From Felis catus (Eukaryota), in assembly GCF_018350175.1 (NCBI RefSeq), contig NC_058368.1:226426001-226490000 (forward strand): a DNA stretch of 64,000 nucleotides. Direction: 5' to 3'. Positions 1 through 11,884 of this stretch are shown here, piece by piece. Numbering within the stretch: position 1 is the stretch's first letter; each line of letters starts with the position of its first letter. Below the pieces are notes generated by a model. That model had not been told where the DNA came from and made no database searches. It saw nothing but the letters and a program-made list of their open reading frames with translations. A program made the translations under genes and the position numbers.

Positions 1-29
1 CGGACCCAGTTCTTACCATCCTTCTCTTT

Positions 30-895
30 TCCATTTTGCTCTAGTGCGTTGCTCCTCACTGTTCTTTGAATACACTGGGCGCATCACCACTCAGAAGCTT
101 GGTGCCCCTGCTGCCTTTGGTGGAATGCTTCCGTCACAAACGTCTACGCGGCTCATTCCCTGTCTTAGTCCATCGGGGTTGTTGTAACAGAATACCAGAG
201 GCTGAGCAGCTTATAAACCACAGAAATGTACTTCCCACAGTTCTGGAAGCTGCAGGTCCAAGATTCAGTCACCTGTAGATTCAGGGTCTGGCGGCTCCCC
301 TCCTGAGAAGCCAGCCATCTTCTTCCTGTGACACTCACTGAAAGAAAGTGCTAGTTCTCTGGATTCCCTTTGATGAGGACATGAATCTCCTGTGTCTCTC
401 CCTTCACAACCTAATCACCTCCCAAAGCCCACCCCCCCACCCCCACTCTGAATACTATAACATTAAGGGTGTGGATGTCAACATATGAACCTGGGGGAAC
501 ATAAACACTCAGTCGAGAGCACCCCCCCCCCCCCCACCTCACGCAGGTCTTTGCTCAAATGTCACCTTCCTGATGAGGGAGACCTAGAGCGTCTTATTTA
601 AAATCGCAATCTCCTTGCTCCCATCTTGGTCTTCCCAATCAATCTCTCTTCACATAATCTGGTTTTTTTTCTTTTACTTTTTCTTTTTCCTCTGGGGGCA
701 CTTTTCATCTCCACAGTACTACATAATGTTTCTCATTTATCATGTCTACACAGTACTGTCTGCCTTCCCTTGCCAGATGCGTGTTCCAGAAGAGCAGGGA
801 TCTTTATTCTGTTCACGGATGTATCTCAAAGCCCTGGAAACATTTTTTGGCACATGATAAGTGTGCAATAAATATCCGATAAAAGAATAAATGAG
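30..895 (+). mobile_element. L2 (L2a-like) LINE 3' region, interrupted by an MLT1 LTR
   Basis: L2 3' hallmarks: 'ctttgctcaaatgtcaccttcctgatgagg', 'gagcagggatctttattctgttcac', ending 'ggcacatgataagtgtgcaataaatatcc...aataaatga'. Ends approximate. Confidence 0.75.
161..521 (-). mobile_element. MLT1A-like MaLR solo LTR
   Basis: Begins 'tgtcttagtccatcggggttgttgtaacagaatacc', contains 'cacagttctggaagctg' and 'cctaatcacctcccaaagccc', ends 'aacataaacactcagtcgagagca'; reverse-strand MLT1A layout. Confidence 0.85.
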
Positions 896-911
896 CGAAG
901 GCAACTGACAT

Positions 912-1044
912 ACTACTGTAAAATGGTAAGATATAAGGACCACGAGAGCAGAGACCATTTGGATTTTGTTCATCATGATGTAGCCACAGCACCTCAAAAT
1001 AGTCCCCAGCAGCAAAGGGTACTGAATTTGTTGAGTGAGTGAAT
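912..1044 (+). mobile_element. L2 3'-end fragment
   Basis: 'gagagcagagaccatttggattttgttcatc...tttgttgagtgagtgaat' is a typical L2 tail. Confidence 0.6.
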
Positions 1045-1148
1045 CCACGTTATTGGTGGGTGCGGGCGTCTTAAACCCATGTACGTCTTAGTAGAAAATA
1101 CTAGGCCAAGATTGAAGTACTTTTGTGACCCAAGTCCCGCCGACAGTT

Positions 1149-1381
1149 CTTTTTTTTTTTTTTTAATTTTTTTTTTTTTAACGTTTATTTATTTTTGGGA
1201 CAGCGAGAGACAGAGCATGGACGGGGGAGGGGCAGAGAGAGAGGGAGACACAGAATCGGAAACAGGCTCCAGGCTCCGAGCCATCAGCCCAGAGCCCGAC
1301 GCGGGGCTCGAACTCACAGACCGCGAGATCGTGACCTGGCTGAAGTCGGACGCTCAACCGACTGCGCCACCCAGGCGCCCC
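1149..1381 (-). mobile_element. Can-SINE, young feline SINEC_Fc type
   Basis: Reverse strand reads GGGGCGCCTGGGTGGCGCAGTCGGTT..., then (CT)n, AATAAA, poly-A; perfect TSD ccgccgacagttcttt (1137-1152 / 1383-1398). Confidence 0.97.
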
Positions 1382-1689
1382 ACCGCCGACAGTTCTTTAG
1401 CTACACACAGGTCATAGAATTACCTGTTTGCAAATAAGCTGCAAAACAGATTATTCCCAAGAGAACTCCAAGGGGCTACAGCTACTTCCGAAAAAGTCCC
1501 GACGAAGGTAAGAGGATGTGTTATATAAAGCAAAAGCATGTGAGGATGAGTGGTCCTGTGACACAACGTTCAGGTTCCCACTGCAGGACGAAACCTCTCC
1601 GCTCGGCGCTATTTTCCTGTGTTGTAATTCGAGACCACAGACTTTGTGGTCAGGCAGACCTGCAGCAAACGTCCTCCCGACCATGTCCT

Positions 1690-1784
1690 GGACTGTGTGA
1701 TTCTGAGTCACTCACTTTGTCTGGGCCTCCGCTTCCCATATTTTATTTTAGTTTATTTTAATTTTTTTATGTTTATTTATTTTT

Positions 1785-1827
<43 letters not shown>

Positions 1828-2080
1828 CATGAGCAGCCGAGGGGCAGAGAGAGAGGGAGGCACAGAATCGGAAGCAGGCTCCAATCTCCGAGCTGTCAGC
1901 ACAGAGCCCGATGCGGGGCTCGAACTCACAGACCGCGATATCATGACCTGGGCCGAAGCCGGACGCTCAACCGACTGAGCCACCCAGGTGCCCCTCCGCT
2001 TCCCATATTTTAAAACAGCACTCAACTCTTCAGGGTCATTGTGAAGCTGAAGGGGATGTGTCCAGGGAAATGCTTAGTAG
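1690..2080 (+). mobile_element. MIR, interrupted by a SINEC
   Basis: 'ctgtgtgattctgagtcactcactttgtctgggcctccgcttcccatattttaaaa...cagggtcattgtgaagctgaa' follows the MIR core once the SINE is removed. Confidence 0.55.
1745..1994 (-). mobile_element. Can-SINE (SINEC_Fc2-like)
   Basis: tRNA-derived head, long (GA)n on top strand, TSD tccgcttcccatatttta. Confidence 0.96.
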
Positions 2081-2139
2081 ACATTCCAGAAAAGATCACT
2101 GTGCACTGTAGGTCCTTTCTCCGCATGATTCTAGTATTT

Positions 2140-2381
2140 TTTATAGTATTAATTAAGTAATTAATTAATTAATTAGTTTCTTTATTTATTTCAGAGAAAG
2201 AGAGAGGAAGAGAGCACAAGTGGGGGAAGGGCAGAGAGAGAGGGAGTGAGAGACAGAATCCCAAGCAGGCCACACACTCACTGGACAGCCAGATGCGGGC
2301 TTGATCCCACCACCTTGGGATCATGACAGGAGCCAAAATCCAGAGTCAGACGATCAACTGACTGAGTCACCCAGACGACCC
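2140..2381 (-). mobile_element. Can-SINE, older diverged copy
   Basis: 'gacagaatcccaagcaggc...actgactgagtcacccagacgaccc'; AT-rich tail with (TTAA)n. Confidence 0.88.
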
Positions 2382-5300
2382 TCTAATATGTCTATTATAC
2401 GTTATAATTGCATAGTTGTCCATGATCATACATAGTTACCTATTATAACCCTAAATGAGACTTTGTTTCTCATCCAAGGTCTGTTTTGTTTCTCATCCAT
2501 AAGACTGTTCTGTTCACATTTCCTTCCTGCATTTTACACAGGAAACGTATGGTACAAAATGCCATGAGAATTGGAATTAAAATCCAGGCCATTTCATTTC
2601 TTTCCTGGGTGCAAATCTAGCCGGTGATAGCCACGATCGGTTAGTAATGCTGGCTTCCTTAAAAATGATTGCATTACATCAGAATATTTACTAAAAGGGC
2701 AGAGCAATGACTCGTAAGTTACCCACTACGTACATCTGAAAGACGCTGATGGTGTACATCCTTGATAAATCATGACTTGATAACTGAGCACAAGTGACCA
2801 TTAGGAGATGAAACTAGTTTACAATGAGTGGCCTTGCTCCATTACTTAGAAATATTTCTTACTGAAATGTAATTAACATTTAACACCTGGAATTCAAGAA
2901 TAAGCAAATCAGTAGCCAATGAATTTGCTATTTTTTTCCATTGCCTACTTAGGTCTTAATAGATAGCACGCGCATGATGTAAATCTTATTGACAAAGGGG
3001 CACTTTTGCGATCTGCATACTTCTAGAAGGCCAGGCTTTCAGCCTCGAAGCTAGAAAACACACAGGTAAGAGGAAATGGGGGCATCCAAGGATTGAGAAC
3101 TCTGATAGGTTCCTACAGCTTCTAAGTGTATGATCTGAATTCGTTCTTGGAGCCCAAATTTTTGCAGACAAAAATCATTTGACTGGACAAGAACGTACTC
3201 AGATCATACACTTGGAGCCATGATCTGAATTCCTTGAAAGAGAAGCCAGTTAAGGTCACAGGATTTATAATCAGAGAACCGCGCATTTAAGGTTATCTGG
3301 GATGCTTCCAGTCCATCAGATTCAGAGCAACTATACTTTTAATCTGTGTTATATACGTATCCTTCATGGGAGACAAAGATCCCATTAAAAAAAAATCTAT
3401 GTACTACCTGTGCTGGAGTATAATTTTCACAAACTTAAAAGTACGACTTTCATAGAAATATAGAAAGAGCAAGTGAAAACATTTTCTTTAACTCTTTAAA
3501 GGGAACCGGCAAGGTGGATTCAAAAGAGAATGAAAACATACAGGCAGTGAGAAAATAATCTTGTAATGAGATTTCTGGATCAGTTACACAACTGGGCAGT
3601 GCCCCACAGGGCAGATATCTTTCCTGCAGACAAAAATCATTTGACTGCACAAGAACGTGTATGATGATATATAATTTCGTATGATATGGGCTTTTAACCA
3701 ATAGTACTTAGTGAGTCAAACAAAGTGACATTCCCTAAACAAGTATACAATCCGTGGGTGAATCTGTCCAACTGTGTTCCCGTATGGCATCACAATGACA
3801 TGCTACCTCACTTTGCTTATTTCCAACTATTGTGAAACTTTTCTTAACTCCTAGCAAAGGTCTTCGTGGAAATGAACATAGATTAATAAGTACAGTGAAG
3901 ATAATAATGTTTTCTTTACATATGATTCTACAGTTGACCATTCTAAAATTTATAAATTACCTAGACGGTGAAAACGGCCAGTGATGCAAGAGAGTGTGAC
4001 TGTTATTTTCGAAGAGTAAGGACCAGATCTTCTCTATGAAAACGGTTACCAAAATATGTATTTTGAATGAAAATGATTACTTTTGTCCATTTCGTGAATA
4101 GCATCATGAAAGTCTTAGCACATCCATGCCCTTCCTCCCAGACAGCACTGGGACGCGGATGCAAAGGAGGAAAAGTGACAAGTTGAAGGTGCTATTCCTG
4201 ATCTGGATGAGAAGATAAACAAATCTACTTTCGCTGTTATAACCTCCTTGAGCTTGAATATGGGTCTCCGTTCGTCACAGGGACAAATGACAGAACCTGG
4301 TTAGATTGGAAAGACTTGCTTTGTGTGGCCATTGCGTTAGAGAATGAGCCTTGCTCCATATTTGCTGAAATTAAATTAATAGGGGAAATACTGGAGGTGG
4401 TCTATCACAGCAAATTAGAAGGAATAACCCACCAAGGACTCCATATAGATTTTGACTCAATCATTCTGTGTACCAGATAAACCCTTCTAGGATCTGTTTC
4501 CGTTTGGGTCCGCTGCAATGGACAGAGAGAATTTCTATTAGCTCAAGAGTACTGTGTGTCACCCAAGTGTCTGTATTCTCTTTCATTGTTCCACTTGCCA
4601 AATCATCCTCAATGTAACTAGCTGTTCTCATGATGGTTAATCACAGTGCCTTGTGTTAAGAAAGGTCATTGACCTAACATGGAATGAGGATGTTCTTTAA
4701 TCTGACTTCTGAGAATTATTCAAATACTTTTGAATGCATAACTTCACACTGAGGTATAACAAACTGATGTTTATCAAGGAGCAAATGATTTTCTTGCTTG
4801 TCTTAATCCCTATTAAGTGTGATTTCTAGGATTTGTAAAAATAACCTTTAAACAGATATAACAAAATCATATTTTATGATGTTATGAGGCGGCTATTCTC
4901 TGAGGTTACTTGCTTCTGTGATCCTTTGCTGACAATTTAGGCTGCACAGATAGCTTCCTCTATGAACTGCCCTCAGGGAAAGAGTAATACAAAGGAGCTT
5001 CAAGTAGGCTTTTGAAATTCATAGCAGAGACAACAGTCCTGAAGGCTGGAATAATTTAAATTCATAAGAAAGGCTTGGAACTTCCAGGAAAAAGAAAGAT
5101 GTGTGGGTTCTATTAACCAGAGCCTGGAATATTTAGCATATAGGGTTCTTACCATATATTCTGGAGCAGGGAGGGCTGTGTTAAGAGTGGTAGCTCCTTT
5201 CTTACCCTGAAGGCCAGGAATTGGAGCGGAAAGGATAGTAGAGATCCTGAGGGGTGGTGCACGGGACAAGGACCATGGGCACCAGCAGAGCAAGGACGAT

Positions 5301-5515
5301 GGATCATCTCTTTACAAATAGATGAGTCACACAGAACACGGAGCTGCCATGTGTCTGGACAGATGTTTATTATCTTCTTTCCTAAAAAGACGTTACTGCA
5401 CATCTCGGCCACCCCAACACCCTTCCCCTTGCCAACCCTGGTCCCACATACCCTGTCACCTTCCCCCTCTCCACTACTCTCTAAGGGTTTACATGGCTTT
5501 CTGCAAAGGGGAGGA

Positions 5516-5755
5516 CGGTAAAACCTTGGTTGGCGAGCATAATTTGTTCCAGAAACATGCTTGCAACCCAAAGCACTCGCATATCAAAGAGAATTTCAAG
5601 CACCGTTGGCTCAGTTGTGATCATGTGACGTACGGTGCCACGTACTACTCCTATTGCACAGCATCGCTCGTTTAGAAGTTAAGATTCATTAGAAATGTTT
5701 GCTTGTCTTGCGGAACACTCGCAGGACAGGTTACTCGCAATCCAAGGTTTTACTG
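5516..5755 (+). mobile_element. Tigger-family (TcMar) MITE, 240-bp internal-deletion form
   Basis: TIRs cggtaaaaccttggttggcgag ... ctcgcaatccaaggttttactg followed by TA; both ends are homologous to the longer copy at 11885-12663. Orientation is relative only. Confidence 0.85.
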
Positions 5756-6199
5756 TATTCTCACTGCCCTTCCTAAGAGCAGCCTGGTGTGATATTAGAA
5801 CAATGTTTCCTAGAAGAAGTTCCAGAGAACACAATCTGAGAAATAAACTTCTGGACTCACCCTGACATTAGCCTATTAAAGCTCTTATGAGTTCCGTGCG
5901 GGAAAGGAAAACGTTTTCGTGTTTCCTAGAGTATCTGATCATATGAGATCCCCTCAAATACATCTCTTTCCCGGGAATTATACTGACATCCCGTGAGGAC
6001 ATTGTTCCTTGAACTGTACTTTGGGGAACAGTAGGCCAGCTCCCTGGTGGTGAGGTCAGTGCGTCCTGGGGGCTGCCTCCTGCTCTAGACTTTACCCCAA
6101 ACAGAAATAATACCACTGAGCATTGTTGGCAGTATCAGATGGGACTGTGTGTTGCAAAATGTGCAGCACCTGGTACGTGGGAAAGTGCCCTGTCCCTTT

Positions 6200-6600
6200 C
6201 CTCTCTTGCCCTTTCTTACATACCTACTGCTGGGAATGTTCTGACTCACATCCCCTGCTGTCTACATCCTCCTCAGCCTTGAGGCTTGAAAGGCCACCAT
6301 CTCCAGGAAAGGTTCAGTTATTCTTCTGATGCGTAATCTCCTCTGAGCTTCCAAAGTGTTTCGTTTCACTTGACCTTGGAAGAATCTTCAAGATCTTCCG
6401 TGTAACCAACTACTCTTTTGATTGCTCGCACTAAAAGCACTCTGCCATGTATTATCTTTATCTGGGTAGACGTCTGTCTTCTCCATAGATAGCAATTCCC
6501 TTGAAGAACAGTGTGTTAGATGCTTTTATCCCAGAATTTTATGCATCTACAAAGAATCTTGACTAGACGAGGCACCCATTTGTTGTCTGATGGATTGAAC
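6200..6600 (+). mobile_element. L2 3' fragment
   Basis: 'ggccaccatctccaggaaagg', 'gtctgtcttctccatagatagcaattcccttgaag', 'atttgttgtctgatggattgaa'. Confidence 0.5.
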
Positions 6601-6659
6601 AGATTGCCGGGAGAGAGAAGTGGGGACCACAGGGGGACTCTTAAGCACTATAAATAGTA

Positions 6660-6950
6660 CTTCAGTCAGGATGAGCTAGGCTGTGCTCCAATAGCAGACG
6701 GCCCCAGAACCTTAGTGGTTCAAACAATAAAGGCATATATCTTATTTGTGTTACACGAGGGTGACTGTGCAGTTATATGCCAGTCATTTCCTCTGAGAGA
6801 CGGGATGCTACCTGGAACATTGCTTGTTGATGCAGCAGAGGGAGAAAGAACTGAGGAGGGTCGCCAATCAGCAGTTTAATGCTCCAGCCCACGTGCTGTG
6901 CCATCAGCTCTGTTCCCAACTCTTTGGCTACAACTGGTTACGTGGTCGGG
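6660..6950 (-). mobile_element. MLT1J/K-like old MaLR LTR fragment
   Basis: 'cagtcaggatgagctaggctgtgctccaatagcagacggccccagaaccttagtggttcaaacaataaaggc' and 'ctggaacattgcttgttgatgcagcagagggaga'. Confidence 0.7.
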
Positions 6951-7799
6951 CCTCCGCTGCATGCCTCTTCCTTTAGTTTATAGTCCGAGCCAGTGCAAGG
7001 AAGCCACCTCCTCTAGATACCTCCACTGAGACCTGATCAAAGCAGGTGTGCCCTCCGTGTCCCCCTGTGGAGGCTGATGCCGAGACACAGGAGGTGAGTA
7101 AGCTCTGAGTGAATGTGGAAGCTTCAGAGGACCACGGTGCAAGGCTGGAGGAAGGGACTAGGTTCTTTGTATTGTTGTTTCCAAAATGTTCTCAAAAACA
7201 CTTCTTTTTTGGTGAAAATAAGCATCGCCTGAAAATGCAAATACAGCTAAGAGGGTGAAGTTTATTGTTGTGGTGTTCCCAGGTAAATCAGCACGTTTGC
7301 CTTTTAGGAATGGCTCACCGCTGTGAGCAGCGAGGTACTTTTGAAGTTTGGGGGGAGCAGATTGGCAATTCTGAATCATAGATGACATCCTGAAGGGAGA
7401 TAGGCCCCCCTGTGCGAAGGAACAGGCAGAGGAGCCCCTGGGCAGAAGAAGAAAGTGTGAAAAAGCAGATGGCTTGGCGGAGAAGGCACACTCAGACGAT
7501 TTTGAAATTTTACTTTGGTCTTGCCTCACTCCCAGGTAGAGAAGGCAGAAAGCACCGTCTTTCTTCTCGGCTCCCGTCCTGTTTCTCAGGTCCTGAAACT
7601 GGGAATCAGGCGGATATCCTTCTGGGCCCAAAGCCTGAATGATGGTGTATGCTTTACTGATTTATTTAGTTTTCATATAAGAAAAATCTTCACATTCTTC
7701 TTCAAGAAAAACTGAGGGAGGAATCAGGTTTTGAGGGACTTCTGCGTTTCCCTGCGGGAGAGAGTTGTGGACTTGGTTCGACTCCAGCAGACATTTCTT

Positions 7800-7950
7800 T
7801 ATTTCCTCATTTTATTTTATTACCTTTATTTATTTATGTATTTTTACTGAGGTGTAACTGACATGAGGTGTAACTGACATGTAACTTTACATGAGGTGTA
7901 ACATTATTATTAGTTTCAGGCGTACAGCATAATGATTCAGTATTTGCATA
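7800..7950 (-). mobile_element. Very short L1 3' end (L1_Carn/L1MA9-like)
   Basis: T-rich tail then 'tgaggtgtaactgacat...attattagtttcaggcgtacagcataatgattcagtatttgcata'; degenerate TSD cagacatttctttat / cagacactccttat. Confidence 0.75.
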
Positions 7951-8149
7951 AAACAGACACTCCTTATCAGAAATCGTAACAGGACCTTTTATGTTATTTT
8001 ATGTAGGGCCCGTGTATTTGGAAAAATGAGTTGATGTGATTGTAATAAAGGGCTTAGATATATTATCATTTGAAACCAATAATTCTAGAACAAACGCAGA
8101 TAAACGGGAGCCACAGGAAACCCGGACTAAGGGTGACCACGGTATCTGT

Positions 8150-8365
8150 TGACGTTTGATGAGTGTTTCCCATGTGTCAACTATGGTGCCACACGTCTTA
8201 CGTCTGTCTACTTATTTAATTCTCAGGACTGCCCTGTGAGCTACCTCCATATACCCCATTTTGCAGACGAGGACAGTAGGGTCCAAAGCAGCTACATTAT
8301 TTGCGGACATAACAAATAAGGAACAGAGCCTGGGTTTGAAGTCGGGAGGTCTGGCTCTAGAATCT
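8150..8365 (-). mobile_element. MIR
   Basis: 'cttatttaattctcaggactgccctgtgag...ccccattttgcagacgaggacag...gagcctgggtttgaagtcgggaggtctggctctaga'. Confidence 0.75.
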
Positions 8366-9060
8366 TCCAGCTTCAACACCTGCCCCTCACCCTGTCAGTA
8401 ATGTGACTGAATGGAAAACATAGCGGTGAACGTTCGAGCACCCGGGCAAGGGTGAAAGCACACAGAACTCCACCACCTCTCCCGGCTTAACAAAGCTCTT
8501 CTCTTGTCATTGTTTTATCCCGACACCTCCAACAAAACATTCAGCAAGTCCCACGGCACCCAGTTACTCAATCAGGCAAGGGATGGGTGAAGGCTGATCC
8601 CAGCCCAGGCCACGAGAGCCCCGGCCATTCACTATTGATTCTGGTGATCCCTGCAATCACAGTATTTTTACTAAAGATATCTGTGGTAAGGTTGCCATTG
8701 TGTTCTATCTTTTGCCCTCAGATTCTGAGAAAGAGCTAGAGCCCAGGGCTGAGAACCTCCTGGGTTAGTCTCTCTGGGTGTGAAGATTGGAGGGAAGTCA
8801 GCCTGAAGAGTAAGGGAACAGGGGAGCAGGGAGGAGCCAAGTCTGGGAGAAGCCATGGTGGGCTCCAGGACAAGGGCTGGGAACCAAGGGTTGAGGGTAG
8901 GGGGCTCTCCTCAACCCCCGACTCTCCCTTGGGGCAAAGTTGGGAGTGAAAAAGCTGGTTCCAAGGCCAACATGTGACTAACAGACATACTGGTAAAAAA
9001 TATTCAACCCCCTTTAAAATCCAGGATGTGTAATTAACACAATAAGCTGGCTCTTGGAAA

Positions 9061-9305
9061 GAGGGGTGGACTCCAGTTTAGTGGGGCCTGAGGTTTGCAC
9101 AATTTGGAGGTTTTCTTTCAGGTTGGAGAGGAAAAGAGACTGAAGGACTGAGGTCTTACCTGATTGTGGTGATATCCTATTTGTGCAAAATTTTCTGAAG
9201 CCTATGTGAATACATTTCTACATGTCTCCCAGGACTTTGAAAGGACCCAGGTAGGTGTGGGCCCTGAAGCAAAAGCCTCTTGGCTTTAGGATAAATCCAG
9301 CCTTG
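9061..9305. mobile_element. hAT-Tip100 (MER115/Zaphod-like) DNA transposon remnant
   Basis: 'gaggggtggactccagtttagtggggcctgaggtttgcacaatttggagg' at left and 'gggccctgaagcaaaagcctcttggctttaggataaatccagccttg' at right resemble recalled MER115 ends. Confidence 0.55.
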
Positions 9306-10327
9306 CAGGAGAGGATTTTGAACAGGGAGACATGTGGCCAGGAACGTGCTACATGAGGGCACCTTCGCTCATTTGTCAACCCAACGTGCAACTTTCTGGG
9401 CATGCCTCAAGACATCAATGATTTGGATTTCGGTTTTATTTTAAACTACCAAAATAATCACATTATACCAACAGAAGAGGGGGAACCTAAGGGCAATCAC
9501 TTTTTAGGTTTCTTACAAAGGAAATATCCAAGTGCCACATATTATTATTTTTCCAATAAAACAATAATATTTCAAAAGTAAATCTTGATATTCAACTTTC
9601 CAAAGTTATGGTACCACTATAGGATAACGATTCATATACTCTCAGGAGCACTTTTAGGAAAATACAGACTGATTGTCCACTGGCAAACTTACATGCCAAC
9701 TGGTGAATTTTAAAGCAAAGAGAGCCGATGCTATTAAAATGAAAATAATTATATATGATTCAGGATCCTAAATGATTACCATATGTTACTTGGGTGACTC
9801 GCAATGTAGAAAAAAATGCAAAAATGAAAAAAAATCCATGTTTTAGTTTTAACCATTTATTTCTTGAGATTGCTATTGAAACATGGATTTTAAATATATT
9901 TAAAAGGTGCCAACTTTCCAAAAGTATAAGATAACTTAAAAAAAAACCCTATAGATTTAGTATTTTCTGCAGTTACAAATTTCTAGGGATAAATGGCTTA
10001 GCAAACAAACTAACAAAAATTGTGATCATCACATGACATTAAAAAAATCGAAGGCAATTACTGTAGATGACAAGGGTAAATAGAAAGGCTTAAGATGGCT
10101 CTCAAGTTTGAAGAGTTAATTTAGGGTCACTCTTAAATAATGATATGAGAATACAGTTACTTAATTAGACGGTTAATGCAACCAGATGGATAAACAAGCT
10201 ATACTAAAACCCAATAATCCAGGGCAATGGGCCAGGTTTCTAAGGTCATGAATCACTATTCAAATTAGTTATGTTACTAACAACGATTTCTTCTCATACT
10301 TCACTTTTGCTATCTCATTAAAAATTA

Positions 10328-10544
10328 TTAAAAAAAATTTTTAAGGTTTATTTATTTTTCAGAGAGAGAGAGACAGAGCACAAGAGGGAGATGGCCAGAG
10401 AGAGACAGAGACATAGAATCCAAAGCAGGCTCCAGTCTCTGAGCTGTCCGCACAGAGCCCAAGCGGGGCTTGAACTCATAAACCACGAGATCGTGACCTG
10501 AGTCAAAGTCTGATGCTCAACTGACTGAGCCACCCAGGCGCCCC
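10328..10544 (-). mobile_element. Can-SINE
   Basis: Full SINEC; TSD tcattaaaaattat. Confidence 0.95.
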
Positions 10545-10740
10545 TCATTAAAAATTATAATAACTCTGAAGCCATATAATCTCTCAAATCAAACAGGACT
10601 AAGCGGGTAGAAAAGCTTACGTGAACAGGTTCCCATGGCATTTGTTTTACTGTCTTCAATTTCTTTCACAGATCCACTGAAGGTGCTTCCAAATCAGGTA
10701 ACGATATTCTGCTATCACTCTAGTTACGATTTCTACTGTA

Positions 10741-10980
10741 GGGGTGCCTGGGTGGCTCAGTTGGTTGAGTGTCCAACTCTTGGTTTCAGCTCAAGTCATG
10801 ACCTCACGGTTTGTGGGTTCAAGGCCCCCATCAGGCTCTGCACTGTCAGTGCAGAGCCTGCTTGGGATTCTCTCTCCTTAGGATTCTCTCTCTCTCCCTC
10901 TCTCTGCCCACCCCCACCCCCTCAGCACACACACACACTCTCTCTCTTTAAAAAAAGCAAACACACACACACTTAAAAAA
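10741..10980 (+). mobile_element. Can-SINE
   Basis: GGGGTGCCTGGGTGGCTCAG head; TSD atttctactgta (10729-10740 / 10981-10992). Confidence 0.95.
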
Positions 10981-11238
10981 ATTTCTACTGTAAATTCCTT
11001 TCGGCCTTTCCAACATGCCATGGCAGGTCGGAGGGAGACTCAACCCAAACCTACACCTGGCACAGAAGGCCCACTGGACCCCCGAACTCTAAATGGTTGG
11101 TTCACCCGGAATTTCTGATGCACTTCCTGGCACCTAACTCAGAAGGTGTTCCATGAATCATAGAAGGCTCCTGCTGTAGGAAATTTTTTTATACCTTCCA
11201 TTCAGTTGATGAAAACACCCTTTAAAGTTACATGCCTT

Positions 11239-11460
11239 GGGACACCTGGGTGGCTCAGTTGGTTAAGCATCCGACCCTTGGTTTTGGCTTAGGTCATGAT
11301 CTTGCAGTTCATGGGTCTGGGCCTCACATCGGGCTCTGCACTGCTAGTGGGATTCTCTCTCTCCCTGTCTCTCTCTGCTCCTCCCCTGCTTGCTCTCTCT
11401 GTCTCTCTCGCAAAATAAATAAAAAAAAAAAAACTTAAAAAAAGTTTTTAATAAAAAAAA
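11239..11460 (+). mobile_element. Can-SINE
   Basis: 'gggacacctgggtggctcagttggttaagc', (CT)n, A-rich tail. Confidence 0.93.
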
Positions 11461-11508
11461 TAGTTATATTCCTAACCTTCACCTAAGGTTTATTCATTCA
11501 ATCACCCT

Positions 11509-11694
11509 ACGGTCAGCCAGATTAAATACTGGGCAGCCAGTTAAATCTGAATTTCAGATAACAGATGATTTCATAGTGCGAGCGCGTCCCAAACATTGCA
11601 CGGGCATCCTTATAATAAACAAATTATGCATAGTTTCCCTGAAAATCAAATTTAACTGGGCATCCACATTTTTATTTGCTAAAGCTGGCAACGC
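11509..11694. mobile_element. MER53 palindromic hAT MITE
   Basis: 'gccagattaaatactgggcagccagttaaatctgaatttcagata...tcccaaacattgcacgggcat...aaatttaactgggcatccacatttttatttgctaaagctggcaac' matches the recalled MER53 fold-back. Confidence 0.85.
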
Positions 11695-11704
11695 ACACTC
11701 AATT

Positions 11705-11884
11705 GCATATTAATGGCAGCTAGCAAAAGCACATACACAGCACCGACTAGGCCAGATGCTTAATGTGTTTTTATGTGCTTTTAACTATCGCAGGAACCTC
11801 CTGAGGTAGCCGTGATCCGCATTTTACAGGTGTGAAAGGGAAGCACAAAGAAACAAAGTAAACATTCTCAGATGAAATCAAGGA
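11705..11884 (-). mobile_element. MIR, into which the Tigger copy inserted
   Basis: 'aacctcctgaggtag...cattttacaggtgtgaaagggaagcacaaaga'; resumes after 12663 as 'tattttcaacctgg'. Confidence 0.6.

Noticed and set aside
7158..7631. 157-aa ORF, the longest outside simple repeats
   Set aside because: No recognisable domain or splice context; length is compatible with chance.
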